A stretch of 64,000 nt of DNA, taken from Azolla caroliniana. Lineage: Eukaryota > Plantae > Polypodiophyta. Numbering within the stretch: position 1 is the first letter of the stretch; the number at the start of each line of letters is the position of its first letter. The notes beneath the pieces are model-generated. The model was not told where the DNA came from and did no database searches. It worked only from the letters and a program-made list of their open reading frames with translations. Below, one piece after another: positions 1 through 12,180 of this stretch. Where the stretch lies: assembly GCA_043228905.1 (NCBI GenBank), contig JBHGNT010000013.1, positions 18,972,001-19,036,000 of the forward strand, written 5' to 3'. A program made the translations under genes and the position numbers.

Positions 1-2342
1 TCATCTTCTTCGGCCGGTTCTGTTTCTTCACCGTCTTCGGCCGGGTCCTCGAGTGCTAACCGGTCCCTTGCCGGTCGGGACTGCTCCTCGTAGAGTTTAT
101 CCTCACCGGTCGACTTGGAGCTCTTCATCTTCTTCTCCGACTCCCAGTCGGCGAGTGTCTTGTCCTCCATAAAGACGATATCTCGACTCCTGAATATCTT
201 CTTGTCGACCGGGTCCCATACTCGGTAGCCGAACTCGTCGTCGCCGTAACCGAGGAATATGCATGGCCGGGTCTTCGGATCTAGCTTTCCTCTCCGGTCC
301 TTCGCCACGTGCACGTATGCGAGACACCCGAACACCTTCAGATGCCGGTAGGATACTTCCCTACCGGTCCACACTCTCTGCGGCGTGTCTCCGTCCAAAG
401 GTACTGAGGGTGATCGGTTTATCACATATGTCGCCGTCGACATTGCCTCAGCCCAAAACCCCTTGGGTAATTTCGCATGCGCCAGCATACTCCGAACCCT
501 CTCCATTATGGTCCGGTTCATCCTCTCGGCCAGCCCGTTCAGTTCCGGTGTCTTCGGCACAGTAAACTCGAGCCGGATTCCCTTCGAGCGACAGTACTCC
601 TGGAACTGCCCCCGGTATTCCCCTCCGTTATCCGCTCGTATCGCTTTCAGCTTCTTGCCGGATTCCCTTTCCACTCTCGCGTGGAGTTCTTTGAAGACGC
701 ACAACACTTGGTCCTTTGTCTTCATCGGTGCCGTCCACAGTTTTCGGCTATGATCATCGATGAATGTTACGAAGTACTGGGCTCCGCCATGTGACTTCGT
801 TTCTACCTGACACACGTCAGTGTGCACCAACTCCAATGGTGCGCTACGTCTCGTCGGTGGCCTTGAGTGGAAGGAGGTTCGGTTCTGCTTACCGGCCAGG
901 CAATCGGTGCACTTCTCCAGGTGCACATGCTTCACTGGGATAAGGTTGTCTTCTGCAAGCCTCTTCATCCCCTTCTCACTCATGTGGCACAGTCTCTTGT
1001 GCCACAGCTCACCGGCAGTGTCGGCTGCCACATTCAGCTCTTCCGGACATAACCGGGCATTCATCAGGTACAGTGTGTTGACTTTCCGGGCCCGAGCCAT
1101 TATCAGGCTCCCCTTGCTGAACTTCATTACGTCGTTCCGGATGCTACCTGTGTAGCCTTCATCGTCTAGCCTCCCGGCTGAAATCAGGTTCAATCGAACT
1201 TCCGGAACGTGTCGGACATCCTTCAGCAGCATTTTGCATCCAGTCGGGGTTGTCAACCACACGTCTCCTATGCCGGCAATCCGGCACGTACCTTCATTTC
1301 CCATCCGAACACAGCCATGCTCGCCGGCTGTGTAGGATGAGAAGTATCTTCTCTCCGGGGTCAGGTGGAACGATGCTCCGGAATCGACCACCCAGGTCGT
1401 CTCATCGCCGGCAAAGTTTAGTTCACCTTCTTCGGTGATGAGCATGATCTCCTCTTCACTTGCCGCGAGTGCCGTCGTTCCTTTCCGGTCCTGTCCTCGC
1501 CGATCCGAACCATTTCGGTCCGTGGCTCCCCGGTATGCACCGTTTCTCTCCGGTGACTTCTTCGAATCGGTGTTGTCGGTTCCATTGTCCTTTCGGTAAT
1601 GCCGACAATTCTTTCGGAAGTGCCCCGGCTTCCCACAGTGGAAGCATGTGGGCCTTCCTCTTGACTGCGACCGGGTCCCCGACTTCTCCCGTCTTTGCGG
1701 ACTCCGGTTCCATTGTCTTCCCCGATCCGATTCGGTAAACAACATCTTCGGGTCGGAGGCCGGTTCCTTATCTCTCCGACGCGCTTCTTCATTCAAAATA
1801 CTTGTCTTTACCGTTTGTAAGGACAAGTTATCTTCGGTGCAGGAGGTGCTGAGAGTCACCACCAAGTTCTCCCAGCTTTCTGGCAATGTACACATCAGGA
1901 TGATGGCTTGCATTGCATCCTCCAACGGGAACTTAATCGCTGCAAGCTGGTTCACGAATCCCATGAACGTGCTTACGTGTTCAACCATACTCTCGCCGTC
2001 CCGGTACTTGAGGTTCACTATCTTCCTCATCAGGGAGGTCCGGTTCAACGCATTCTTCCTCTCGTAGAGGCCCGACAGCTTCTTCCACATCTCATATGCG
2101 TTGGTGTCGTTCGCCACATGTTGTAGGACGCTTACATCGACATATTGTCGGATCGTCGCTACGGCTTTCCGGTTCAGGAGCTTCCACTCCGACTCAAGTA
2201 CCCCCTTCGGTATTTCCGACCTGTCAATCGGTTCGTACAGGTCCCGAACAATCAGAAGATCCTCCATCTTGATCTTCCAGTCGGCGTAATTCTGTGCATT
2301 CAGCACCATCATCATCGGCTGCCCGCTGCCGCCGCCTTCCAT
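1..2342 (-). mobile_element. Ty1/copia (Tnt1/Tork-like) gag-pol polyprotein, 5' part; runs off the window start
   Basis: ATG at 2342 begins MEGGGSGQPMMMVLNAQNYADWKIKMEDLL (gag). Downstream are the zinc knuckle CFHCGKPGHFRKNC, protease WVVDSGASFHLTP and integrase core IRADNGGEY...TPELNGLAERMNRTI...HLKVFGC. The Trp codon at 371 is in frame with the ATG. The ORF is probably missing from the track because no stop falls inside the window. Confidence 0.95.
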
Positions 2343-2356
2343 TTTCTGCAACAGTC

Positions 2357-2368
2357 GCTCTGATACCA
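2357..2368 (-). promoter_or_regulatory. Primer binding site (initiator tRNA-Met) of the copia element
   Basis: Minus strand reads TGGTATCAGAGC, 3 nt after the LTR terminal CA. Confidence 0.92.
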
Positions 2369-2371
2369 GTT

Positions 2372-2982
2372 TGAAGAAAATAGACGCTTCTATTCACCTT
2401 CTTCCCTCGGCCACAACCGAGTAATCGCGGATCAATGCAGCAGAAAATAAGAACCACACGAAAGAATCAAAGACGCGAGTACACAGGGATTAACGTGGAA
2501 AACCCAGGCGGGAAAAACCACGGGAGTACAAGACTCCAACGCAACACTATACAGAGAAGTATACAATGGCGAGCTGCAAGGAGACGACCTTGAGCTCGCT
2601 GTCCTCGCCACAGGCGGCGGAAGTACACAGAGGCGTCTACCTCTTCCTCTCTCGCGCTCTATCTCTCTCTCTCTCTCTCACGGCTGCTTACACTTCACTC
2701 CTCTTGAGTGGAAAAACAGAAAAATGAGAAGCAACAACAAAACTGTTTGCCCTAAGTCATATTTATACTTATATGACTTTGGGCTATTTACAACTGTAGC
2801 CTCAGGGGCCCATAGCGAACATATTCACGGATATGTCCCTGCATCCGGATCGCTCTCCGGGTACATTCGTCATCCGGTACCGAAACCGGGGTCTTCGTCA
2901 TCCGGATCCGAAACCGAAACCGGGCTTGTCGGCATTCATCTCCGATATCCGACCATCCCATGCGAAGGGACCGTAATCCCAA

Positions 2983-2984
<2 letters not shown>
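2372..2984 (-). mobile_element. 5' LTR of the copia element (~613 bp)
   Basis: Minus strand starts TGTTGGGATTACGGTCCC at 2984 and ends in CA at 2372, directly before the PBS. It contains a TATAAATA-like box and an internal (AG)n tract. Confidence 0.85.
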
Positions 2985-3040
<56 letters not shown>

Positions 3041-3525
3041 CATTGTTGCGCTCTAATCTTGCGCCAACAAGAATGACAACAACACCTAAGGTTTGCCCTA
3101 AGTCATATTTATACTAATATGACTTTTCGGCTATTTACAAATATAGCCCCGATGGACTCTCAGAAACATATTTACGAATATGTCCCTTCATCCGGTGAGC
3201 ACTCCTCACCGGGCCTGCATCATCCGGCGCTTGCCAGGCACACTTCATCCGGTTCTCACCGGGTCTTCCGTTGTCGGGTACTCCACATCCGGTTCTCATC
3301 GGGTCTTCACCATCCGGCTCTTGCCGGGTACTTGTCATTCGGTTCTCACCGGGTCCTCCGTAGCCGGGTACTCGTCATCCGGCGCTTGTCGGGTACACCA
3401 CATCCGGTTCTCACCGGGTCTTCCGTAGCCGAGTACTCGACATCCGGTTTCGACCTCGGCCGATCGAGTTTGCTCATCAATACTGTTCTTCTCATTTCCC
3501 ATCCGGAGGGACCTATTTCCTAACA
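2985..3525 (-). mobile_element. 5' portion of a second, related copia LTR, interrupted at its microsatellite by the first element
   Basis: Minus strand starts TGTTAGGAAATAGGTCCCTCCGGATGGG at 3525. Segment 3075-3190 parallels 2730-2845 (gtttgccctaagtcatatttatact...ggctatttaca). It has CATCCGG-based tandem repeats at ~3190-3450 and ends at (TC)n 2985-3037. Confidence 0.75.
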
Positions 3526-4615
3526 GTATTAACAACACAAAAACAGTTTACAAGTTTCCTCACCCACTCATCATAATCGGCTTCGACCCCCCCACTGTCT
3601 TCACTCATCCTTATCACAGAAAAAACTGCTTCATTCAATCCCATCCAACATCTCACCTATTAACCGATTACCATCAAGGTCCTGTCAAACAAACAACAAC
3701 AAAACGGGACACATGCTTCAATTCTTACCGCCATCATCAATCATCACCATGAAATTAAAACATGCCCCCACATCAAACCTTGCTTCAGCCCATACCACCA
3801 CCATTCTCACATCTCTAAAAACTAGACAAATTGCTTCAATACCACATCACCTATCTCAATTTATACCATTTTGAACCTGTCATGATACTCCTCCTAATCT
3901 CTTCATTTTGCACATCAACAATGTGCTTCATTTCTACGTCACCCATCTATTCGTTCAGCTCCTAAAACCTGTATAAACAACAATAGCATAAATGTATTGT
4001 GTGTATCCCCTCCTAAACATGCGCTTCAATCCCCCGTCAACACCATCATTCATCCTTACCAACTATAAAAACTTCCATGACTACACATAAAATATAAAGT
4101 TTCCTCATCCCCTCATATATTTGCTTCAACCCCCACACCCTCGCCACTCATCCTCTCATCATTAATAAGCTACATAAGACAATAACTACATGACAACAAC
4201 TAGAAGATTATCTTGTTTGTTGCACTCCCTAATATGAAACCTAAACTCTTCTTCACTCCATCCCATGACACCAAATTCCATCAAGCATCATCCATGACAA
4301 CCATCTCGCCTTCTTGCTAATTGGCACCAAATTTTGTCTTGACATGTCCTTGATTTCCTTCCATCAAGCATCCTGCCATATAGACCACAAACAAATTAAT
4401 GTAAAAAAAATCCCTCAACAACTCATGATAACATGCTTCATTAACCCCCACACCATCTACACTCTTCCTTATCACTCATAAGAAAATTGTATCTTACATC
4501 CACAACAACCATCTTGCCTTATCGCTAACCGGCACCAAATTTTGGCTTGCCATGTCCTTGATTTTCATCAACGTCAATTATCCTGACAAAAAGATAAACG
4601 GTCATCTATATTATA

Positions 4616-5866
4616 TCATGGTATTTGTACTAAAGATGGTGCTGGTGGCGGGAATAACCACCGAGCCGGTACATAGTTCCACTTGACATCTGCGGCTTCA
4701 TTCAACATAATAGGTATAGACGACCAAACTTTACGAATTTTTATTCTTTTCTTATTAGTTGTATGTCCAGAACCCTTATAACTATCATATTCACCTTTAA
4801 CTGTATGTACCAACAAGTTCCAAAAGGACTTAACTTGATCCACGATGTGAGTGTTTTCATCATTGTATAGCTTAGAGCACCTAGCTTTCCAAAGAATCCA
4901 TAAAGCCAAAGAGGAGACAATTTGCCAGACATAACTTCCGGAGAAAAACTTGATTCCCTGCAAGGAGGTTGAAGCATAGTCTACTTGCAAACTTGTGACA
5001 CGTAATGACAAAGAAGAATAATGTTGTTGATAGAAAGTCATTTGTTGATCTAACCTTCCCCATAAAACTGCACCCCACGTAAAAATCCCTGACCTATACT
5101 TACGACCTAGTAGCCTAAGAATTCTAAACCAAAACTTTTTTGCGACAACACATTCCCAAAATACATGATGCAATGACTCACTTGCATAACCACACATAAC
5201 GCATGACCGATCAGTTATAGATCCCCTCATCAAATCACCTACTGGCAACACATAATGAATCATCAACCAACAAAAGTGTAATATCTTGTTCATACATTTA
5301 ATTGACCAAAAGTGTTTCCAAAACATCATCATCTGAGAAGATGATACATTACCTTCGTCCCAATACTTTTTTCCCGCAGGTATTGACTCAGCCTGACTCA
5401 ACATAAAGTTTCTCCCGAACGCCACCGAATATGTGAAGAATGGTAGGACCTTAGTGGAACTATTAGGCATGGACAATTTCCAACCATAATCCGCAGGATC
5501 CCACTGCAGATCCACAAGTGGTCTAGCATGTACAACCCAATTATGAGATGCATAGTTAGCAATTAAGGGACTAGGGTCAATAACTAATTTTTTATCCAAT
5601 CTAGCAATTACTCGCACTGGTAATTGCTTTGTAGCAGACATGATTGGAGATTCGACGTCTACTAAAATCAACCTACCATTATCCAACACTTCATAGAAGT
5701 GCATACTGCCATTTTGATTGTATAAACGAGCACCTATAAGTATATTAAGTGTCGAAAACATACCGTACCACCTTTGACACTGATCAAGTTGCAAAGTTGG
5801 TACTGTGACCTGATACACCATGGACAATTGATCTACCATTATATTTGCCCCTCTTAACCTATACAA
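4616..5866 (-). mobile_element. L1-type LINE ORF2 C-terminal part with zf-RVT domain (5'-truncated)
   Basis: 416-aa ORF with FWKHFWSIK...KILHFCWLMIHYVLPVG...CVMCGYASESLHHVFWEC...LWILWKARC, typical of the plant L1 zf-RVT region. Confidence 0.85.
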
Positions 5867-6838
5867 CCTATTCTTTCATTCCTGAGCCGATGTCTGCAAG
5901 ATTCGTTGTGGTGTACCTTTGTTCCTTTGTGCCACCTTTTTAGCAAGCATGTATGCATGCATTAATTGGTAGCCAAACCAACCCAAATGGGTATCTTTGT
6001 ATCAACTATAAATTAAGCAAGAAGTAAGAAGCAAGGAAGTCTACTTCAGATCCTCTCTATGTGCATTTCACAATATAAACATGTGTTTTTCTCTATTTGG
6101 TCCATGTACAACCCTATTTCATATCAGTACGCCTTTCATTCTCATTATTTATTTTCTTATCCCTTGTACATTACCTCTTCGAATAGTTTGTGTGTGCTTA
6201 TGTTTGCTCTTATATATATGCATTTTCCCCTAGTTGTGTGTTGTCCTATTTTGCCATTTTTTCTTCTCAAATTCTCTGCACTAAATCGATCTTGAGATAT
6301 GTAGCCTACTATTTGGAATATGTTTGTTAGGATTGTTTTGGTTTTTTATTTGTCTGTGGTTCAGCTTTCTTTCTTTCTTCCCTCATGTGCTCCATCTCTC
6401 CTAGTATTCCTGCGTCCAACCTCCTCCTTCATGATCCTATAGAACAATCCCGTACTAACATGTGTCTTCCTCATAGCAATTTTCTTCTATCTAAGTGTCA
6501 TATTGCTTCCCTATCATTTCTCATTTCTCTATGCAACATTTCCAACCCCCCTTCCTTCTCCAATCATCTCGCTCAACGAGCACAACACCCCCAACATTAC
6601 CCATCCCATGTTTGGGAACAATCCCATAGGCACACCACCCTCCACTGCGCCACCAATCATGAAGTTCCAACTTTTGTATGTGTGTTGGGAACTCTTATGT
6701 TTTTGAAAGGAGGTCGAGAGTGCACATTTGTCTTTACATATAAGTGTTTATGTGTATTTTTTAAGCTCTTATTAGGAATTAAGTAGTCTCTTAATTAAGA
6801 ATTAACACGAGAAAGTGTGAGTGACAGTTCACATGAGA

Positions 6839-7292
6839 TTAGGGTTGCATAACTAGAGGCTCAAGAGTGATTGACAACTATTCTCATAGCATATACGATG
6901 GTCTGAATCCTTTGGCTCATGACATCGACATGGAGATAGAACTTTTTCTATCAATAAACGCGCTCTCAGTTGTGTACACCCTGAGATGACATAATTGTCA
7001 ACCCCCCACTTCTCTAAGAGAAGATTCCTCCTCCTTCCCCCTTCCACCTCACCACCTAACCATTAATGTCGTGCACCATGAATTTTGCACTCATTAGGTT
7101 GGACAGGAGGGGAGTTTGTGAGGTTAGGGTTGTGCAACTAGAGGCTTAAGAGAGACTGACAACCACTCTTGCATGACTCTACCAATAAGGTATACGACGG
7201 TCTCAATCCCTTGGCCCATGACATTGACATGGAGGAAGAACTCTATTGATCAATAATCGTGCTCTCTGTGGCGTGCACCTTGAGACTACATA
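6839..7292. repeat. Diverged direct repeat, two copies of ~155-170 bp
   Basis: ttagggttg..aactagaggct.aagag...catgacat.gacatggag...tgaga..acata occurs at ~6839-6993 and ~7123-7292. Confidence 0.7.
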
Positions 7293-8375
7293 CTACCCCC
7301 TTCCCAAGTATTGGCCCTACCTAATGGGATTACTTCGTTGCAAAGAGTATGTGCCCAAAACTACCCTTCAATTCATCAAATTTCTCTTTCCCTCGTAGCC
7401 ATAAACCAATAGAAGCCACTATGCTCTAAGTCATGATGACTTTCAATAATGACAAATAAAAAGATAATGCTAATCTAGACATCCAAGTAGTTGTTTGCCT
7501 TTTGGTGCTTCGACATTCTCCTTACGACTGCCCCCATATGAGTCAGCATGTTTCCATAATATATGACCACCCCCATTGAGGCCTCATCTTTGACCTTGAT
7601 AAAGGGCCCACTAGGCACCAAATGATCAGTCTCTAGATCGAGTAAACTTCTTATCCCCATCCTACCAATAAGACTTCGAGACAATGTAGAGACGAGACGA
7701 GGTATTTGCCACCCTACTAAGCTAACAGACATAAAACATCCTCCATGTTCGCTCACTCGCCACTACCAATTGCTTTTTTTGAGGGGAGGGGACGTTGAGC
7801 ACCTACCATACATATCATGACCATGAAGATATTGGCATTGGTACCAAGGATACAAGTGTGTGACTAGGAGAGTAGAACACAATAGATAGTTATAGTTGAG
7901 TTGAAGCCTAATGGCCAAGTGGTGACCTCAATGTGAAAGGCCTTTTTAGTTCTTCTTCTTGATCTTCTTAACTTCTCCCTCAAGACTAAAGCTTTCTCTT
8001 CCCCGTCTTGTATGTATTTTAGTAATATTTACTAATAGAATTGTGGTTAACACAGAAACCTTGTGTGCAAGCTAATATTTAATCCTTTACCATGCATTAG
8101 TGAGTTTCTTAGCGAGGATAACCTTTTGGAAGAGATAAGAACTCTCTAGGTCTAAGTGCACGAGGTTAACAGCTCGAGAGTGCTCGATAACCACTCGCAC
8201 CCAACTCATCATGAATAGGGTATACAATGGCTTGGCCCCTTCACAAACGACCTCGACAAGGAGACACAAGTCCATTGAGACGAAGACATGCACTCAGTGA
8301 AATCATGTCATTTCGACACGATAGCTTTATATATATTATTTAAGTTTAAACCACAATTATAGACAACATATAGCT

Positions 8376-8835
8376 TGCTAGGAAATAGGTCCCTCCGGAT
8401 GGGATGCGTAGGAGTCGGATCCGGAAGGCATCCGGAAATTGATTGTGTCATGGCCGCATAGAGGCCATCTTTGTAAATAGTGCATAGTGTGTATAAGTAT
8501 AAATACAACTAGGGAAAATCATTGTGTACAAAGCATAGTGTAGTAGATAGAGAGCAAGTGGGTGTAGAGTGGAACTCTATAGTAACCGTCGATCAACAAA
8601 GAGGAGGTCAAGGTCATTGCCTTAGAGTCTCTTGTGTATTCTCTTTCTAGTACAAGTGAAATAGTTTGGAGTTTGTGGACTCCCGTGGTTTTTCCCTTTC
8701 CACGTAAAATATTTTCTCTCTCTCTCTCTCTCTCTTTTCTCTGTACTTTGTTTCTTCTCTATTGTTTGTTGTCTTGGTTGTTGTGTCTCTCATTTGCATG
8801 TGTCACCCGGTTGTGGCCAGATATTATTCTCAACA
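8376..8835 (+). mobile_element. Copia-family solo LTR (460 bp) with 5-bp TSD TAGCT
   Basis: TG...CA termini with TAGCT at both 8371-8375 and 8836-8840. The 5' end TGCTAGGAAATAGGTCCCTCCGGATGGGA matches the LTR starting at 3525. The motif actcccgtggtttttccc...tttccacgt is shared with the LTR at 2372-2984. Confidence 0.92.
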
Positions 8836-9206
8836 TAGCTTGCATATAATCATGTGTAGCTTCAAACATTCAAATACTGTCAAGGGGAAACCCATGTCTC
8901 AACAACCAAACAATGATAATGGCTAGCATACATTCTTGCATAATCTCTAATGGAAGCATCTAATGGCGTCAACTTATCGTATTGGTAATTTAAGAAAATG
9001 CACTCAACAAAAACCTTACGCAACATTATATTAATGATCTCTTAGTCCATTTCCCAACCTCAATAAATGAAAAGGGTATATATATGGAACAATTCATTAG
9101 AAATAACATTTTTGTTGTATGTTGAATTGTCAAAATTTTCTTCTAGAAGTCATGAGATGAATTTATTATGAGAAAACAACATAATTATAGTCTGTTGACC
9201 CCAAGT

Positions 9207-12180
9207 TCAAGGAAGAAGGCCTTTGGCTCGAAATGAGGATATACAATCATCAAACATCTCCTCGATAGTCTTGAAGGACAAGCCCAATTTCATGATCTTG
9301 GATGAATCCAAGAGGTAACGAGGTCTCTCTCCATTATCCTTAAACCTATAAACAAAAATATACTTTTAGAGCTAACATATTGATATGGGTTTTGTGGGAA
9401 ATCATAAAAAATACATCTCATGTTGAGGGTAATATCAAAATTTCCCCATTATCGACAACAATAATTCCCATTAGCGATTTCACTAGGGTAGAAGACCAAG
9501 AGGGCACATCAAGCTAGATAGTTCAAGAACTTAGGTAAGCAAAAACCTGATATACATTCGAAGCTAGGCATGACTTGGTTGACGCTATAAGAAAGATGAC
9601 ACCTACTTGGGGCAACTCTAGAGGTGGACATCGACTTAGGAAAGCTTAGACAAATAGATACTAGGATCATAAAAGTTTCATTAAAGGGAGATACATATGT
9701 ATTAGATGTCATTATAATTTAAAATACATTTGTATCTATGTAAAGTATTTTGAAAGTACATGGGTATTATTTCTAATGTGAAGAGTATTTTTGAATTATA
9801 TACCTATGTCCCCCCCCCCCCTTAAAGAGATACGTCTTGGTATTATAAAATCATATGAAATATAGAAGTTGTGTTGGATAAATGAGTATGTATACCAACC
9901 GACTCCATTGTGCTCACATCATAGCCAATGTTAAATATAACATGTCCATAATAAATTATGTTTATGAATATCTTATGTGTGTATGAAGCAACAAAATACT
10001 ATTTTTTCATATAAAAAATTTGTTATAATAATTAAAGTTATGGCTTCTTACTCTTGTGGAATTTTTAAGTCGGGGTGTCTAGAAGCAAGAATCTTTGCAA
10101 GCTCGTGAACTTCTAAAACAATGGAAGAGCAATTATATCTCCCTTCTGCTGTGGGATCCTCATAAGCTAGGATGTGAGCTTTTGCTACATCATCGATATG
10201 CACATATCCCATTCTGCCATTGTATGCAAACTTGGAACTATTACCTATTATTAGATCATTTAGAGATATCATATTAGACGTTTTCGTTAAAACCCTATCA
10301 AAGAGATTCTTACCTTTTAAAAACTCTAAAGTATCAAATGCAGTTAAACAAAGCTCTTGTGGCAAAACTGGTCCAATAATAAAGCTTGGATGAATTGTTA
10401 CAACATCCAAATCGTGTTTCTTTGCAAAATCCCATGTTGCTCTTTCAGCAAGAACCTTTCCTATTGCATACCATATCTAGGAAAATCCAATCAAATGCAA
10501 ATACAAAATATATATGTCAAAAAGTTTATAAAAAACTATATGTTAATTTTCACTTAAAGATATGATACACATTAACATATATGGACAATGTAACCTTGTA
10601 CATTTTATGTTATATCTATCATGAGTGCCGACTTTCAATCTTGAGGCTTATTTGTGTCGCGAATTTTATGTGCTTAGAGAGTGTACATGTGTGTAAGGCA
10701 AAAATACTTTGATTTAAATTTGGCATAAATGTCTCTACATTCACCTTGAATTGGTAGCATATGTCTAAAGATGTCCAACTTTTCTCATCTAGCATTTGTT
10801 CTGGTTCAATGTCATTTCGAATACGAATTGTAGAACTAGATGAAGTAACTACAACTCGCTTAACGGTGTTACTTTTTTTGCAACTGCGTAGAACATTAAG
10901 GGTCCCGTTTACTGCAGGATCTACCACCTCCACCTAAAGAGAAATATCATGAAGATAACTTATTACCATGTTCACAAAAACCTTTCGCCTTTACTCCAAA
11001 GAAACTTTTAGAAGCTCATGCCAAGTCTACCTACACCTTAAAATGCTTAAAAATATCAAGAAATAGAGGATGCATTGGATCATACTTGTGGATTGCTTGC
11101 CAATGATATCACTGGCATGGCAGTGTGGAAGACGCCTTCACATCCAACAATTACATCGTCAAAACTACCCTCCTCTAAAAGATCAGCACGCCATAACTCA
11201 AGCCTCTCTTTAGCTCCCGGGAGAGTTCGAAGGTGATTTGTTTTTGCAAGATTATCTAAAATTTCCAATATCATTTGAGTGGATGTAGATATTAGTTCAT
11301 TATCTTTCAATGTGGCCCCAATATCACAATGCATTTGCTCTATATGTCCTATGATCTAGAAACTTTAAGAATAATTTCATCATCCAAAACAATGTGAAAA
11401 CATCATTTTGTTTAATGTTGGGAAAACGAATATGTCAATACTTGCTAGCGCATTTGATCAATATTGTGAAAATTAATTATACATCACAAATATTTTCATA
11501 TTCGTATCATGTTATACATTCACAATTTGATTTTGAATGTTCATAACAACTCTTTTATTCTAGAAAGTTTATAAATTAGTTTTCCACAATACAATGATGG
11601 TGAGTTTATCTTAATGACATTGACTAGTGTATTTAATGATGATTAAAGTTATTTTTTATTCATTTGAGAAGTAATGTAATTGAATTAATAATTGAGACTT
11701 TAATTAAGACTCACTTTTATACACTTGGGAAGTAATCCTAATAGAAATAGAAAAGTACCAATTTTCATAACTAACCATTAATTGGGGTAACTATTGAGAT
11801 TCATGATGCAATGAGGAAGTGATATAAGTACAAGCAATATAGGGGCATTCTGGCAGTTTTCAAAATTGAGGGAAATGCATTATAGTTTTTTCTAGAAGCA
11901 ATCATAAGGGTATTCTAGGTAATTTAGAAAATAGATTGAAGCTACCTATCTATCATTGGTTGAATTATAGATTAATCAATTGTAAAGTGTATTTGTATGT
12001 TTACATGACTATAAATTAGAATCACTAAAACAAAGAAATTGACGAATTACTTGGATCTCGCACAGTGCCACGCACACAATAACCACACTCTAGGAGCTTC
12101 TTCACCAACCATGATGCCACAAAGCCTGATGCTCCTGTCACACACACTATACCTCTATTCTCCTCCCTTAGTTGACCCAT
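9207..12180 (-). CDS. TKPR1: Tetraketide alpha-pyrone reductase 1-like (DFR/CCR-family SDR). 6 exons: 12180-12051, 11255-11086, 10933-10745, 10476-10314, 10244-10052, 9345-9207
   Basis: The spliced frame is open with GT-AG introns. Motifs are [16 protein letters not shown] (NADPH binding), [12 protein letters not shown], catalytic [25 protein letters not shown] and EEMFDDCI, closely tracking Arabidopsis TKPR1/DRL1 as recalled. Confidence 0.88.

Noticed and set aside
103-2457. Many overlapping short ORFs on both strands
   Set aside because: They are shadow frames of the GC-rich copia gag-pol on the minus strand.
3119-3538. Repetitive His/Pro/Ser-rich ORFs, and CATCCGG repeats superficially like a CRISPR array
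   Set aside because: These are tandem repeats inside an LTR with no unique spacers and no cas genes, in a eukaryotic context.
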